DNA from: Amphiscolops sp. MND2022
Lineage: Eukaryota
Direction of reading: 5' to 3'
DNA: 64,000 nucleotides
NCBI GenBank assembly: GCA_964187785.1
Contig: OZ076409.1
Location: 6,078,001-6,142,000 of the forward strand
Position 1 is the stretch's first letter, and each line of letters starts with the position of its first letter. The translations under genes were made by a program, and so were the position numbers. A model generated the notes under the pieces. That model had not been told where the DNA came from. It did not search any database and saw only the letters and a program-made list of their open reading frames with translations. Shown here piece after piece: positions 60,301 through 64,000 of the stretch.

Positions 60301-62430
60301 CCCAGCCCTGTGGAATGCGTGTGATTATGTGATTCAGTTCAGATTTGTCATAGCGCACATCCCGGGGGCACAAAATACAGCTGCCGACTATTTGTCCCGT
60401 TTGGAAGCAGACCCGAAGGACAAATTAGTCGTGAAAATCCAAGAAGATGTACAAACGCTACCAATTGAAATAAATGTCCAATCCGCAGGGGTATCACAAG
60501 GAGAACAAATCTTCTACACCAATGATGACCATGAGACAGAAGAACAAAATTGGGCAAGGAAAGAAGCAATCAGGAAAAATCCAGCTATTGATGAGGCCAC
60601 GGTTACAATACAAACTCTGTCAACAAACCTAGTCAAACAACAACCTGATATACAAGTCCGATTAAGGAAAGCGAACCAAATCATAATCGAGCAATCCAAA
60701 GATGCAGTACTACAACAATTGAAGGCAAAACTCCTTCATGAAGAGTATTCAGAGAACCTACTGCCGCAGGATGCTCGATACAGACACTATGCAAACACTC
60801 TAGAACGAATTGTACTCAAGGACAAAATCCTGACGAGGCAATACTTTGATGAAACAGGGAACATTAAATACCATCAAATTCTGCTCCCGCAGCACTTACT
60901 CCAGGAATTGCTTCAGTCTCTTCATGGGACAGCGCATAAACATCCCGGCATCTCAAAAATGCTGCAGGAAATCCGGCAGAGGTATTACTACCCTAGCATG
61001 GCTAAACACGTCAAAAAGTGGGTAGACGGGTGCGAACAATGTGCCAGAGACAAGAGAGTCCCTAACGCCACAATTACACCCGAACTGCTCAACTTGCCCG
61101 AATGGGACCTTGGACCTGAAGACGCCATGCAGATTGACCTATTGCCGAATCTACCCCCAAGTGGCGGGTATGAAAACGTCCTAACAGCAATTGATGTCTT
61201 ATTATTGCAGAGATAACACAAATTTTGGGCATAACACTCAAATGTGCCACAACAAAAGATCCGCAAACACTTGGGACATTAGAGCGGACCCAAGCCTCAT
61301 TGAAAACAAACCTCAAAATGGCATGTGGAGAATACCGTCGACAATGGCACAGATACTTGCCATTAGCAGTACTAAACCATAACACTAGTTATCATGCCAG
61401 CATCGGTTGTGAGCCGACGAGAGTATTCCATGGAAGAATTCCATAAAGTATATTGGATCACAAGCTTGGAAATAATCCAAACGAACAGATCAATCCAACA
61501 ACCGAATTTGCGGAAGAAATACAAAACCGGACAAAAATCTTGATTGAAAAAACAAAGCAGAATTTTATGCAGTCGTATATCAAATACAAAGAATATTACG
61601 ACCGCAAAGCAAAAGCCGCTCCATTAAAGGAGAATGATTACTGCTTTGTCTTACAGCCGAAAGCGGATCATCAAGAATCAAAATTTCCATTCCGTGATTA
61701 TCGTTGGGTTGGACCATTTATAGTTCAAAAAGTTTTGCCCAATGAAAATTATATTCTACGACGAATTAATTCAAACAAGACTCAAATATTGCATCAGATT
61801 CCCCTTAAAAAGTTTGTCCCCAATCAACCGCTTGAGGACAATTTCCGAGAACAGCGGTTACAGCCTAATGAAAAAATTGTTATTCCGCAAGATGACTTAT
61901 ACACCATAACGTGGGAGACAGACTCTGGCACGCAACTAGTTACACGAGGACACGATCCTATTCCGACTAGCTTGCCGAATGGCGAACGGCCGAGTGCGGC
62001 AGAAACGAATTCAAGTGACGCGAACGAGAATAAAGCAGACTACATAATCACCAGAGACGAAACAAATTACGCTGACCACGCGACGCACAGTCGAAATGAA
62101 AGATTAAATGATTACGTCACTATGAGAAATGAAACTAGTGAAGTGACTAGAACTGAAAAAACTGATTGGCCGAATCCGGCCGTTTCCCCAAAAACTCACA
62201 AAAAATCTTCGCCGAATCCGGATGAAGGACTGAAAAACGACAAAAATTTTCCAGAAAGAAACTCAATGAATGAAAATGACGCACAAAATTCTCCAAACAG
62301 GGGGGATGATATTGTCGTGCCCGAAATATCAGAAAATGAGGCTAGAAATGAACGTCTGAGCCCTGGAGAAGGGAAATATAAGCTCAGGCCTAATCCTAAC
62401 CCAAACTACTCAGAAGACTTCAGATACTAA
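57400..62430 (+). pseudogene. pol: Gypsy pol: aspartic protease, RT, RNase H, integrase; multiple frameshifts/stops and a deletion in the integrase core near 61200
   Basis: PR DTG (~58070). RT ASPIF..KKPNGKLRLLVDLRKIN and QYVDD. RH LMTDAS...KEFLAI...TDNKA...ADYLSR. IN H..HPG...CEQC and MQIDL, then a jump to LERT. Confidence 0.93.
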
Positions 62431-62666
62431 GAATTGAATTCTTCCCGAAAAAGGGACTTCTCTTCTTTTATCTTTTTGATTTTTCTGGCCCCTCTAGTAT
62501 CTTCTGAATAAATAATGGGACAATACAAAGGATCCCTTGCAAAAGGATAAATACGGGACCAAATAGATACAAACAACAAAAAAACAGAAATCAAAGACAA
62601 ATGAAAGAATTAATACAACAAAGTCTGTGAATTAGCGTACATAAATACATATGTACAAGTTACTTT

Positions 62667-64000
62667 TCAGAAGTTGAGGGCGAGAATCACTGGCGACAGA
62701 TGAACCAGATGACAAGGATCTTGCACTGCCCATTCGCCTTCTCTCGAAATTTGTTGAGCAGACTTTTCAGGTACAGGAGAAGTTTCCCTAGGATCCAAAC
62801 TGACAACGTTCCCTTGAGGGCCTGCAACTGCTACTTTGTGAGAAGACAATAGAGCCTTATAGACTTTCGAACATCCAAATGTATCCACATAATCCCAAGG
62901 ATCATATGTAGGGGCAAATGCTGTCCTTCCGAAATCTGATGCAAGCGGAGAGAACTTCGACAAATTTGAATCCTGACTGCAGAACGGGACCGAATCAGAA
63001 ACTCCAGACAAATAACTTTCACCCGGCAACACGACATCGGTAAATCTTCCATGGAGGCCCATAAGACCAATATTACCAAAAGTAACAGAAGGGAATTCCT
63101 CTGCGGGCTGTAATGCACAGGCAACACAATTTGAAGAGGTGGAGGAGGAAGTCAACCCTCATAAGGAACTCGATCAAATCAGCAGATAAATCAGTGAAAT
63201 TGAAGTCAGCTGGATAAGTAATCCGCAAAGGATCTACCAGACCAAAGTATTTTTCACGATAAGAGATTCATCAGCGTCCATGACCCATGACCGTAGAAGG
63301 AAGGTATTATAGAGCATCTCAAAATCCCGCAAGGCAACATCAATTGGACGGCTGAATAGAAAGTAAGGATTGAAAGCTGCCAAACCTTGGACCAAGTGAG
63401 AGTTCAGACACACCTGGCGTAGCACCCCTTCTATCATGTGCTTGATGAAACTGAGTGCCTCCTGAACAAACTCGTTCTCCACTTCACTGATCGTCTTCTG
63501 GACTGTGGCCTTATCAGGATTTTTGCCAACCAGGAGTCCCTCAGCTTTGATTTTACTGGCTGCTGCTACCTTTGAAGAGAGTTCAGTCGGATCAAGAAGT
63601 CCTCAGCTTCCTTGAACTTCCCCTCTGCTGTCTTGAATCCCATGAGGAGGAACCAAGAATTCTCCAAAGGGACAGTGTCAGGGGTGAAACAACGGGAACA
63701 GAGTCGGTATACGAATTGATTAGCTTCACCGAATAGATAGAAGGACGCATCTCGTCGCTGGAGGAGGTTAATTACGAAGCTGGACAAATCTGCAAACACA
63801 ACAGGAAAATGTTCGAAACAGGCAAGAGTGAATCTAAGGATTACAAGAAGTTACTGACAGTCATTGACGATTCGCTGGAAGAACTCAAGCTTGACGGTAA
63901 TAAACTCATCGCAAATGAGTGACCACTCAAAACTCTGCACCTGTAAAACATGAAGGCTTCGTTAATACTCACTAGAAGACCATGGAGTTGGGCAGTCCAA
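62667..64000 (-). pseudogene. Degenerate antisense protein-coding region downstream of pol, unknown function
   Basis: Consecutive protein-like minus-strand segments (63566-63799, 63234-63482, 62667-63155) separated by frameshifts and stops. Confidence 0.5.

Larger units (their letters stand above)
54445..64000 (+). mobile_element. Ty3/Gypsy LTR retrotransposon, degenerate; 3' LTR not in the window
   Basis: Starts TGTCACAGGCTGCCGC, followed by gag and then PR-RT-RNase H-IN in Gypsy order. Confidence 0.92.

Overview
Eukaryotic (metazoan, probably invertebrate) genomic DNA made almost entirely of nested transposable elements, with a 200-N scaffold gap at 22418-22617. The only clearly intact host gene is RPS28 (2954-3157, -). 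Contents in order: (1) the 5' part of a Gypsy element (1-2737, -); (2) a decayed LINE RT ORF (6620-22417) that reads in one frame once three insertions are removed, namely a Mutator-like element with FLYWCH and RING remnants, a hAT element with an 8-bp TSD, and an 11.4-kb non-autonomous LTR element (A); (3) past the gap, a pseudogenised long ORF combining a SET methyltransferase domain, acidic repeats, C2H2 fingers and a tyrosine recombinase, followed by a 39-bp tandem array and a ROR-like kinase fragment; (4) a (TAGTA)n satellite split by a young BEL/Pao-derived LTR element that lacks enzymes; (5) a Penelope-like fragment and several MITE families; (6) a second copy (B) of the element A family; (7) a degenerate Gypsy gag-pol with a downstream antisense ORF. 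The two most unusual observations are the SET-ZnF-tyrosine-recombinase element and the A/B LTR family. A and B both show a 3-bp TSD, inverted LTR ends of 14 bp or more, a PBS displaced 15-16 nt from the LTR, and a single AT-hook-like/coiled-coil ORF with no RT or integrase. All calls come from reading the sequence by eye; no database searches were run.
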